Position numbers and translations under genes: made by a program. Source: Eledone cirrhosa (taxonomy: Eukaryota). Taken from it: DNA of 64,000 nucleotides. This document shows, in pieces, positions 13,596-25,345 of this stretch. Within the stretch, counting starts at the first letter, position 1. Each line of letters starts with the position of its first letter. The stretch covers positions 258,292,001-258,356,000 of the forward strand of contig OZ024741.1 of the NCBI GenBank assembly GCA_964016885.1, written 5' to 3'. Under the pieces are notes generated by a model that saw only the letters and a list, made by a program, of their open reading frames with translations, was not told the DNA's origin and searched no databases.

Positions 13596-14708
13596 GTTTC
13601 GCTTTACGAGTGTTTCGACTTACGAGTGTTTCGACATACGAGTGTTTCGACTTAGGAATGTTTTTGCTTACGGGTGTTTCGACTTACGAATGTTTTTGCT
13701 TACGAATGTTTCGGTTTACGAGTGTTCCGACTTACGAGTGTTCCGACTTACGAGTGTTTCGGCTTACGAGTGTTTCCGGCTTACGAGTGTTTCGACTTAC
13801 GAGTGTTTCGACTTACGAGTGTTTTGACTTACGGTGTTTCGGCGTACGAGTGATTAGACTTACGAGTGTTTTGACTTACGGGTGTTTTGACTTACGGGTG
13901 TTGTGAATTACGAGTGTTCCGATTTACGAGTGTTTTGACTTACGGTGTTTCGGCTTACAAGTGATTCGACTTACGAATGTTTTGACTTACGGGTGTTTTG
14001 GCTTGCGTGTGTTTCGACTTACGAGTGTTTCGGCTTATGAGTGTTTCGACTTACTAATGTTTTTACTTACGAGTGTTTCGGCGTACGAGTGTTTTGACTT
14101 ACGAGTGTTTCGACTTACGAGTGTTTTGACGTACGAATGTTTTGACTTACGGGTGTTTCGGCTTACGAGTGTTTCGACTTACCAGTGTTTCGGCTTGCGA
14201 GTGTTTCGACTTACTAATGTTTTTACTTACGAGTGTTTCGGCGTACGAGTGTTTCGACTTACGGGTGTTTCGACTTACGAGTGTTTTGGCTTACGGTGTT
14301 TCGACTTACGAGTGTTTCGGCTTACGAGTGTTTTGACTTAAGGGTGTTTCGACTTACGAGTGTTTCGATACGAGTGTTTCGACTTACGAGTGTTTCGGCT
14401 TACGAGTGTTTCGACTTACGAGTGTTTCGACTTACGAGTGTTCTGATTTACGGATGTTTCGAAATACGAGTGTTTCGACTTACGAGTGTTTCGACTTACG
14501 AGTGTTTTGACTTACGGGTGTTTTGACATACGAGTGTTTCGATACGAGTGTTTCGACTTACGAGTGTTCTGACTTACGAGTGTTCTGACTTACGAGTGTT
14601 CTGACTTACGAGTGTTCTGACTTACGAGTGTTCTGACTTACGAGTGTTCCGACTTTACGAGTGTTTCGGCTCACGAGTGTTTCGGCTTACGAGTGTTACG
14701 ACTTACGA

Positions 14709-14777
14709 AAATAACATATAGACGCGGTTTCAAATCTCTATGCTTTTCAAATTCATTACATTAATCTTTATTTATAC
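14709..14777 (+). repeat. 69-bp element, copy 10 (AACATATAG subtype)
   Basis: Direct match with AACATATAGAC. Confidence 0.95.
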
Positions 14778-15586
14778 GTTTCGCTTTACGAGTGTTTCGA
14801 CTTACGAGTGTTTCGACATACGAGTGTTTCGACTTACGAATGTTTTTGCTTACGGGTGTTTACTTACGAATGTTTCGGCTTACGAGTGTTTCGACTTACG
14901 AGTGTTTTGACTTACGAGTGTTCTGACTGATGAGTGTTCTGACTTACGAGTGTTCTGACTTACGAGTGTTCTGACTTACGAGTGTTTTGACTTACGGTGT
15001 TTCGGCTTACAAGTGATTCGACTTACGAATGTTTTGACTTACGGGTGTTTCGGCTTGCGAGTGTTTCGACTTACGAGTGTTTCGGCTTATGAGTGTTTCG
15101 ACTTACTAATGTTTTTACTTACGAGTGTTTCGGCGTACGAGTGTTTTGACTTACGAGTGTTTCGGCTTACGAGTGTTTCGGCTTACGAGTGTTCTGACTT
15201 ACGAGTGTTCTGACTTATGAGTGTTCTGACTTACGAGTGTTCTGACTTACGAGTGTTCCGACTTACGAGTGTTTCGGCTTACGAGTGTTTCCGCTTACGA
15301 GTGTTTCGACTTACGAGTGTTCTGACTTACGAGTGTTCTGACTTATGAGTGTTCTGACTTACGAGTGTTCTGACTTACGAGTGTTTCGACTTACGAGTGT
15401 TTTGACTTACTGGTGTTTTGACATACGAGTGTTTCGATACGAGTATTTCGACTTACGAGTGTTCTGACTTACGAGTGTTCTAACTTACGAGTGTTCTGAC
15501 TTACGAGTGTTCTGACTTACGAGTGTTCCGACTTACGAGTGTTTCCGCTCACGTGTGTTTCGGCTTACGAGTGTTTCGACTTACGA

Positions 15587-15655
15587 AAATAACAAATAGA
15601 CGCGGTTTCAAATCTCTATGCTTTTCAAATTCATTACATTAATCTTTATTTATAC
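15587..15655 (+). repeat. 69-bp element, copy 11 (consensus)
   Basis: Direct match. Confidence 0.95.
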
Positions 15656-16209
15656 GTTTCGCTTTACGAGTGTTTCGACTTACGAGTGTTTCGGCTTACG
15701 AGTGTTTTGACTTACGAGTGTTTTGACTTACATGTGTTTCGACTTACGCGTGTTTCGAATTACGAGTGTTTCGACTTGCGAGTGTTTCGACTACGGGTGT
15801 TTCGACTTACGAATGTTTTGACTTACGGATGTTTTGACTTACGGGTGTTTCGGCTTACGAGTGTTTCGACTTACGAGTGTTTCGACTTACGAGTGTTTTG
15901 ACTTACGAGTGTTTTGACTTACGGTGTTTCGGCTTACGAGTGTTTCGACTTACGAGTGTTTTGACTTACGGGTGTTTTGACATACGAGTGTTTCGATACG
16001 AGTGTTCTGACTTACGAGTGTTCTGACTTACGAGTGTTCTGACTTACGAGTGTTCTGACATACGTGTGTTCTGAGTTACGAGTGTTCCGATTTACGAGTG
16101 TTTCGGCATATGAGTGTTTCGACTTACGGATGTTTTTGCTTACGGGTGTTTCGACTTACGAATGTTTTTGCTTACGAGTGTTTCGGCTTACGAGTGTTTC
16201 GACTTACGA

Positions 16210-16278
16210 AAATAACAAATAGACGCGGTTTCAAATCTCTATGCTTTTCAAATTCATTACATTAATCTTTATTTACAC
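16210..16278 (+). repeat. 69-bp element, copy 12 (TACAC subtype)
   Basis: Direct match. Confidence 0.95.
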
Positions 16279-17008
16279 GTTTCGCTTTACGAGTGTTTCG
16301 ACTTACGAGTGTTTCGACTTACGAGTGTTTCGACTTAGGAGTGTTTCGACTTACGAGTGTTTCGACTTACGAGTGTTTCGACTTACGAGTGTTTCGACTT
16401 ACGAGTGTTTTGACTTACGAGTGTTCTGACTTACGAGTGTTCTGACTTACGAGTGTTTCGACTTACGAGTGTTCTGACTTACGAGTGTTCTGACTTACGA
16501 ATGTTCCGACTTACGAGTGTTTCGACTTACGAGTGTTCCGTCTTACGGGTGTTTCGACTTACGAGTGTTTCGGCTTACGAGTGTTTTGACTTACGAGTGT
16601 TCTGACTACGAGTGTTCTGACTTACGAGTGTTTCGGCTTATGAGTGTTTCGACTTACGAGTGTTTCGGCTTATGAGTGTTTCGACTTACGAGTGTTTCGG
16701 CTTACGAGTGTTTCGACTTACGAGTGTTTCGACTTACGAGTGTTTCGACTTACGGGTGTTTCGACTTACGAGTGTTTCGACTACGAGTGTTTCGACTTAC
16801 GAGTGTTTCGGCTTACGAGTGTTTCGACATACGGGTTTTTCGACTTACGGTGTTTCGGCTTACGAGTGTTTAGATACGAGTGTTCTGACTTACGAGTGTT
16901 CTGACTTACGAGTGTTCTGACTTACGAGTGTTCTGACTTACGAGTGTTCCGACTTTACGAGTGTTTCGGCTCACGAGTCTTTCGGCTTACGAGTGTTTCG
17001 ACTTACGA

Positions 17009-17077
17009 AAATAACAAATAGACGCGGTTTCAAATCTCTATGCTTTTCAAATTCGTTACATTAATCTTTATTTATAC
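17009..17077 (+). repeat. 69-bp element, copy 13 (TTCGTT subtype)
   Basis: Direct match. Confidence 0.95.
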
Positions 17078-17985
17078 GTTTCGCTTTACGAGTGTTTCGA
17101 CTTACGAGTGTTTCGACATACGAGTGTTTCGGCTTACGAGTGTTTTAATTTACGAGTGTTTTGAATTACGGGTGCTTCGACTTACGCGTGTTTCGACTTA
17201 CGAGTGTTTCGACTTACGAGTGTTTCGACTTACGAGTGATTCGACTTACGAATGTTTTGACTTACGGGTGTTTCGGCTTGCGAGTGTTTCGACTTACGAG
17301 TGTTTCGGCTTATGAGTGTTTCGACTTACTAATGTTTTTACTTACGAGTGTTTCGGCGTACGAGTCTTTTGACTTACGAGTGTTTCGACTTACGAGTGTT
17401 TTGACTTACGAATGTTCTGACTTACGGGTGTTTCGGCTTACGAGTGTTTCGACTTAGGATTGTTTCGGCTGGCGAGTGTTTCGACTTACGAGTGTTTTGA
17501 CTTAAGGGTGTTTCGACTTACGAGTGTTTCGACTTACGAGTGTTTCGACTTACGAGTGTTTCGGCTTACGAGTGTTTTGACTTAAGGGTGTTTCGACTTA
17601 CGAGTGTTTCGATACGAGTGTTTCGACTTACGAGTGTTCTGAGTTACGATTGTTCTGACTTACGAGCGTTCTGACTTACGAGTGTTCTGACTTACGAGTG
17701 TTTCGGCTTACGAGTGTTTCGGCTTACGAGTGTTTCGACTTACGAGTGTTTCGACTTACGAGTGTTCCGACTTACGGGTGTTTCGACTTACGAGTGTTTT
17801 GGCTTATAGTGTTTCGGCTTACGAGTGTTTCGAGTTAAGAGTGTTTTGACTTACGAGTGTTCTGACTTACGAGTGTTCTGACTTACGAGTGTTCTGACTT
17901 ACGAGTGTTCTGACTTACGAGTGTTCCGACTTTACGAGTGTTTCGGCTCACGAGTGTTTCGGCTTACGAGTGTTTCAACTTACGA

Positions 17986-18054
17986 AAATAACAAATAGAC
18001 GCGGTTTCAAATCTCTATGCTTTTGAAATTCATTACATTAATCTTTATTTATAC
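17986..18054 (+). repeat. 69-bp element, copy 14 (TTTTGAAA subtype)
   Basis: Direct match with GCTTTTGAAATT. Confidence 0.95.
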
Positions 18055-19719
18055 GTTTCGCTTTACGAGTCTTTCGACTTACGAGTGTTTCGACATACGA
18101 GTGTTTCGACTTACGAATGTTTTTGCTTACGAGTGTTTCGGTTTACGAGTGTTCCGACTTACGAGTGTTTCGGCTTACGAGTGTTTCCGGCTTACGAGTG
18201 TTTCGACTTACGAGTGTTTCGACTTACGAGTGTTTTGACTTACGGTGTTTCGGCTTACGAGTGATTAGACTTACGAGTGTTTTGACTTACGGGTGTTTTG
18301 ACTTACGGGTGTTGTGAATTACGAGTGTTCCGATTTACGAGTGTTTTGACTTACGGTGTTTCGGCTTACAAGTGATTCGACTTACGAATGTTTTGACTTA
18401 CGGGTGTTTCGGCTTGCGAGTGTTTCGACTTACGAGTGTTTCGGCTTATGAGTGTTTCGACTTACTAATGTTTTTACTTACGAGTGTTTCGGCGTACGAG
18501 TGTTTTGACTTACGAGTGTTTCGACTTACGAATGTTTTGACTTACGAATGTTTTGACTTACGGGTGTTTCGGCTTACGAGTGTTTCGACTTACGAGTGTT
18601 TTGACTTAAGGGTGTTTCGACTTACGAGTGTTTTGACTTACGAGTGTTTCGACTTACGAGTGTTTCGGATTACGAGTGTTTTGACTTGAGGGTTTTCGAC
18701 TTACGAGTGTTTCGATACGAGTGTTTCGACTTACGAGTGTTCTGACTTATGAGTGTTCTGATTTACGGATGTTTCGACACACGAGTGTTTCGAATTACGA
18801 GTGTTTCGACTTACGAGTGTTTTGACTTACGGGTGTTTTGACATACGAGTGTTTCGATACGAGTGTTTCGACTTACGAGTGTTCTGACTTACGAGTGTTC
18901 TGACTTACGAGTGTTCTGACTTACGAGTGTTCTTACTTACGAGTGTTCCGACTTACGAGTGTTTCGGCTTACGAGTGTTTCGACTTACGACTGTTCCGAC
19001 TTACAGGTGTTTCGACTTACGAGTGTTTTGGCTTACGGTGTTTCGGCTTACGAGTGTTTCGAGTTACGAGTGTTTTGACTTACGCGTGTTTTGACATACG
19101 AGTGTTTCGATACGAGTGTTCTGACTTACGAGTGTTCTGACTTACGAGTGTTCTGACTTACGAGTGTTCTGACTTACGAGTGTTTCGACTTACGAGTGTT
19201 CTGACTTACGAGTGTTCTGACTTACGAATGTTCCGACTTACGAGTGTTTCGACTTACGAGTGTTTAGACTTACGACTGTTTCGACTTACGAGTGTTTCGG
19301 CTTACGAGTGTTTTGACTTACGAGTGTTCTGACTACGAGTGTTCTGACTTACGAGTGTTTCGGCTTATGAGTGTTTCGACTTACGAGTGTTTCGGCTTAT
19401 GAGTGTTTCGACTTACGAGTGTTTCGACTTACGAGTGTTTCGACTTACGAGTGTTTCGACTTACGGGTGTTTCGACTTACGATTGTTTCGACTACGAGTG
19501 TTTCGACTTACGAGTGTTTCGGCTTACGAGTGTTTCGACATACGGGTGTTTCGACTTACGGTGTTTCAGCTTACGAGTGTTTCGATGCGAGTGTTCTGAC
19601 TTACGAGTGTTCTGACTTACGAGTGTTCTGACTTACGAGTGTTCTGAATTACGAGTGTTCCGACTTTACGAGTGTTTCGGCTCACGAGTGTTTCGGCTTA
19701 CGAGTGTTTCGACTTACGA

Positions 19720-19788
19720 AAATAACAAATAGACGCGGTTTCAAATCTCTATGCTTTTCAAATTCATTACATTAATCTTTATTTATAC
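19720..19788 (+). repeat. 69-bp element, copy 15 (consensus)
   Basis: Direct match. Confidence 0.95.
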
Positions 19789-20836
19789 GTTTCGCTTTAC
19801 GAGTGTTTCGACTTACGAGTGTTTCGACATACGAGTGTTTCGGCTTACGAGTGTTTTGACTTACGGGTGTTTCGACTTACGAGTGTTTTGGCTTACGGTG
19901 TTTCGGCTTACGAGTGTTTCGAATTACGAGTGTTTCGACTTACGAGTGTTTTGACTTACGGGTGTTTTGACATACGAGTGTTTCGATACGAGTGTTTCGA
20001 CTTACGAGTGTTCTGACTTACGAGTGTTCTGACTTACGTGTGTTCTGACTTACGAGTGTTCTGATTTACGAGTGTTCCGACTTTACGAGTGTTTCGGCTC
20101 ACGAGTGTTTCGGCTTACGAGTGTTTCGGCTTACGAGTGTTTTGATTTACGAGTGTTTTGACTTACGGGTGCTTCGACTTACGCGTGTTTCGACTTACGA
20201 GTGTTTCGACTTACGAGTGTTTCGACTTACGAGTGTTTCGGCTTACGAGTGTTTTGACTTACGAATGTTTTGACTTACGATTGTTTCGGCTTACGAGTGT
20301 TTCGACTTACGAGTGTTCTGACTACGAGTGTTCTGACTTACGGGTGTTCTGACTTACGAGTGTTCCGACTTACGAGTGTTTCGGCTTATGAGTGTTTCGA
20401 CTTACGAGTGCTTCGACTTACGAGTGTTTCGGCTTACGGGTGTTTCGACTTACGAATGTTTTTGCTTACGAGTGTTTCGGCTTACGAGTGTTTCGGCTTA
20501 TGAGTGTTTCGAGTTACGAGTGTTTTGACTTACGGGTGATTTGACATACGAGTGTTTCGATACGAGTGTTCTGACTTACGAGTGTTTCCGCTTACGAGTG
20601 TTTCGGCTTACGAGTGTTTCGACTTACTAATGTTTTTACTTACGAGTGTTTCGGTGTACGAGTTTTTCGACTTAAGGATGTTTCGACTTACGAGTGTTTC
20701 GATACGAGTGTTCTGACTTACGAGTGTTCTGACTTACTAGTGTTCTGACTTACGAGTGTTCTGACTTACGAGTGTTCCGACTTTACGAGTGTTTCGGCTC
20801 ACGAGTGTTTCGGCTTACGAGTGTTTCGACTTACGA

Positions 20837-20905
20837 AAATAACAAATAGACGCGGTTTCAAATCTCTATGCTTTTCAAATTCATTACATTAATCTTTATT
20901 TATAC
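20837..20905 (+). repeat. 69-bp element, copy 16 (consensus)
   Basis: Direct match. Confidence 0.95.
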
Positions 20906-23193
20906 GTTTCGCTTTACGAGTGTTTCGACTTACGAGTTTTTCGACATACGAGTGTTTCGGCTTACGAGTGTTTTGATTTACGAGTGTTTTGACTTACGGG
21001 TGCTTCGACTTACGCGTGTTCGACTTACGAGTGTTTCGACTTACGAGTGTTTCGACTTACGAGTGATTCGACTTACGAATGTTTTGACTTACGGGTGTTT
21101 CGGCTTGCGAGTGTTTCGACTTACGAGTGTTTCGGCTTATGAGTGTTTCGACTTACTAATGTTTTTACTTACGAGTGTTTCGGCGTACGAGTGTTTTGAC
21201 TTACGAGTGTTTCGACTTACGAGTGTTTTGACTTACGATTGTTTCGGCTTACGAGTGTTTCGACTTACGAGTGTTCTGACTACGAGTGTTCCGACTTACG
21301 AGTGTTTCGGCTTATGAGTGTTTCGACTTACGAGTGCTTCGACTTACGAGTGTTTCGGCTTACGGGTGTTTCGACTTACGAATGTTTTTGCTTACGAGTG
21401 TTTAGGCTTACGAGTGTTTCGGCTTATGAGTGTTTCGAATTACGAGTGTTTTGACTTACGGGTGTTTTGACATACGAGTGTTTCGATACGAGTGTTCTGA
21501 CTTACGAGTGTTTCCGCTTACGAGTGCTTCGACTTACGCGTGTTTCGACTTACGAGTGTTTCGACTTACGGGTGCTTCGACTTACGCGTGTTTCGACTCA
21601 CGAGTGTTTCGACTTGCGAGTGTTTTGGCTTACGAATGTTTTGACTTACGGGAGTTTCGACTTACGGGTGTTTCGGCTTACGAGTGTTTCGATTTACGAG
21701 TGTTTTGACTTACGAGTGTTCTGACTTACGAGTGTTCTGACTTATGAGTGTTCCGACTTACGAGTGTTCCGACTTACGAGTGTTTCGGCTTACGAGTGTT
21801 TCGGCGTACGAGTGTTTCGGCTTACGAGTGTTTTGACTTACGAGTGTTCTGACTACGAGTGTTCTGACTTACGGGTGTTCTGACTTACGAGTGTTCCGAC
21901 TTACGAGTGTTTCGGCTTATGAGTGTTTCGACTTACGGGCGTTTCGACGTACGGGTGTTTCGACTTACGAGTGTTTTGACTTACGAGTGTTCTGACTTAC
22001 GAGTGTTCTGACTTACGAGTGTTCCGACTTACGACTGTTTCGACTTACGAGTGTTTTGACTTAAGAGTATTCCGACTTACGAGTGTTTCGGCTTACGGGT
22101 GTTTCGACGTACGACTATTTTTGGCTTACGAGTGTTTCGACTTACGAGTGTTTTGAATTACGATTGTTTCGGCTTACGAGTGTTTCGACATACGAGTGTT
22201 TTGAATTACGATTGTTTCGACTTACGAGTGTTTTGACTTATGGGTGTTTTGACATACGAGTGTTTCGATACGAATGCTCTGACTTACGAGTGTTCTGACT
22301 TACGAGTGTTCTGACTTACGAGTGTTCTGACTTACGGGTGTTCTGACTTACGTGTGTTCCGACTTACGAGTGTTTCGGCTATGGGTGTTTCGACTTACGA
22401 GTGTTTCGACTTACGAATGTTTTGGCTTACGAGTGTTTCGGCTTACGAGTGTTTCGACTTACGACTGTTCCGACTTACAGGTGTTTCGACTTACGAGTGT
22501 TTTGGCTTACGGTGTTTCGGCTTACGAGTGTTTCGAGTTACGAGTGTTTTGACTTACGCGTGTTTTGACATACGAGTGTTTCGATACGAGTGTTCTGACT
22601 TACGAGTGTTCTGACTTACGAGTGTTCTGACTTACGAGTGTTCTGACTTACGAGTGTTTCGACTTACGAGTGTTCTGACTTACGAGTGTTCTGACTTACG
22701 AATGTTCCGACTTACGAGTGTTTCGACTTACGAGTGTTTAGACTTACGACTGTTTCGACTTACGAGTGTTTCGGCTTACGAGTGTTTTGACTTACGAGTG
22801 TTCTGACTACGAGTGTTCTGACTTACGAGTGTTTCGGCTTATGAGTGTTTCGACTTACGAGTGTTTCGGCTTATGAGTGTTTCGACTTACGAGTGTTTCG
22901 ACTTACGAGTGTTTCGACTTACGAGTGTTTCGACTTACGGGTGTTTCGACTTACGATTGTTTCGACTACGAGTGTTTCGACTTACGAGTGTTTCGGCTTA
23001 CGAGTGTTTCGACATACGGGTGTTTCGACTTACGGTGTTTCAGCTTACGAGTGTTTCGATGCGAGTGTTCTGACTTACGAGTGTTCTGACTTACGAGTGT
23101 TCTGACTTACGAGTGTTCTGAATTACGAGTGTTCCGACTTTACGAGTGTTTCGGCTCACGAGTGTTTCGGCTTACGAGTGTTTCGACTTACGA

Positions 23194-23262
23194 AAATAAC
23201 AAATAGACGCGGTTTCAAATCTCTATGCTTTTCAAATTCATTACATTAATCTTTATTTATAC
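23194..23262 (+). repeat. 69-bp element, copy 17 (consensus)
   Basis: Direct match. Confidence 0.95.
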
Positions 23263-24310
23263 GTTTCGCTTTACGAGTGTTTCGACTTACGAGTGTTTCG
23301 ACATACGAGTGTTTCGGCTTACGAGTGTTTTGACTTACGGGTGTTTCGACTTACGAGTGTTTTGGCTTACGGTGTTTCGGCTTACGAGTGTTTCGAATTA
23401 CGAGTGTTTCGACTTACGAGTGTTTTGACTTACGGGTGTTTTGACATACGAGTGTTTCGATACGAGTGTTTCGACTTACGAGTGTTCTGACTTACGAGTG
23501 TTCTGACTTACGTGTGTTCTGACTTACGAGTGTTCTGATTTACGAGTGTTCCGACTTTACGAGTGTTTCGGCTCACGAGTGTTTCGGCTTACGAGTGTTT
23601 CGGCTTACGAGTGTTTTGATTTACGAGTGTTTTGACTTACGGGTGCTTCGACTTACGCGTGTTTCGACTTACGAGTGTTTCGACTTACGAGTGTTTCGAC
23701 TTACGAGTGTTTCGGCTTACGAGTGTTTTGACTTACGAATGTTTTGACTTACGATTGTTTCGGCTTACGAGTGTTTCGACTTACGAGTGTTCTGACTACG
23801 AGTGTTCTGACTTACGGGTGTTCTGACTTACGAGTGTTCCGACTTACGAGTGTTTCGGCTTATGAGTGTTTCGACTTACGAGTGCTTCGACTTACGAGTG
23901 TTTCGGCTTACGGGTGTTTCGACTTACGAATGTTTTTGCTTACGAGTGTTTCGGCTTACGAGTGTTTCGGCTTATGAGTGTTTCGAGTTACGAGTGTTTT
24001 GACTTACGGGTGATTTGACATACGAGTGTTTCGATACGAGTGTTCTGACTTACGAGTGTTTCCGCTTACGAGTGTTTCGGCTTACGAGTGTTTCGACTTA
24101 CTAATGTTTTTACTTACGAGTGTTTCGGTGTACGAGTTTTTCAACTTAAGGATGTTTCGACTTACGAGTGTTTCGATACGAGTGTTCTGACTTACGAGTG
24201 TTCTGACTTACTAGTGTTCTGACTTACGAGTGTTCTGACTTACGAGTGTTCCGACTTTACGAGTGTTTCGGCTCACGAGTGTTTCGGCTTACGAGTGTTT
24301 CGACTTACGA

Positions 24311-24379
24311 AAATAACAAATAGACGCGGTTTCAAATCTCTATGCTTTTCAAATTCATTACATTAATCTTTATTTATAC
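24311..24379 (+). repeat. 69-bp element, copy 18 (consensus)
   Basis: Direct match. Confidence 0.95.
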
Positions 24380-25345
24380 GTTTCGCTTTACGAGTGTTTC
24401 GATTTACGAGTTTTTCGACATACGAGTGTTTCGGCTTACGAGTGTTTTGATTTACGAGTGTTTTGACTTACGGGTGCTTCGACTTACGCGTGTTCGACTT
24501 ACGAGTGTTTCGACTTACGAGTGTTTCGACTTACGAGTGATTCGACTTACGAATGTTTTGACTTACGGGTGTTTCGGCTTGCGAGTGTTTCGACTTACGA
24601 GTGTTTCGGCTTATGAGTGTTTCGACTTACTAATGTTTTTACTTACGAGTGTTTCGGCGTACGAGTGTTTTGACTTACGAGTGTTTCGACTTACGAGTGT
24701 TTTGACTTACGATTGTTTCGGCTTACGAGTGTTTCGACTTACGAGTGTTCTGACTACGAGTGTTCCGACTTACGAGTGTTTCGGCTTATGAGTGTTTCGA
24801 CTTACGAGTGCTTCGACTTACGAGTGTTTCGGCTTACGGGTGTTTCGACTTACGAATGTTTTTGCTTACGAGTGTTTAGGCTTACGAGTGTTTCGGCTTA
24901 TGAGTGTTTCGAATTACGAGTGTTTCGACTTACGGGTGTTTTGACATACGAGTGTTTCGATACGAGTGTTCTGACTTACGAGTGTTTCCGCTTACGAGTG
25001 CTTCGACTTACGCGTGTTTCGACTTACGAGTGTTTCGACTTACGGGTGCTTCGACTTACGCGTGTTTCGACTCACGAGTGTTTCGACTTGCGAGTGTTTT
25101 GGCTTACGAATGTTTTGACTTACGGGATTTCGACTTACGGGTGTTTCGGCTTACGAGTGTTTCGACTTACGAGTGTTTTGACTTACGAGTGTTCTGACTT
25201 ACGAGTGTTCTGACTTATGAGTGTTCCGACTTACGAGTGTTCCGACTTACGAGTGTTTCGGCTTACGAGTGTTTCGGCGTACGAGTGTTTCGGCTTACGA
25301 GTGTTTTGACTTACGAGTGTTCTGACTACGAGTGTTCTGACTTAC

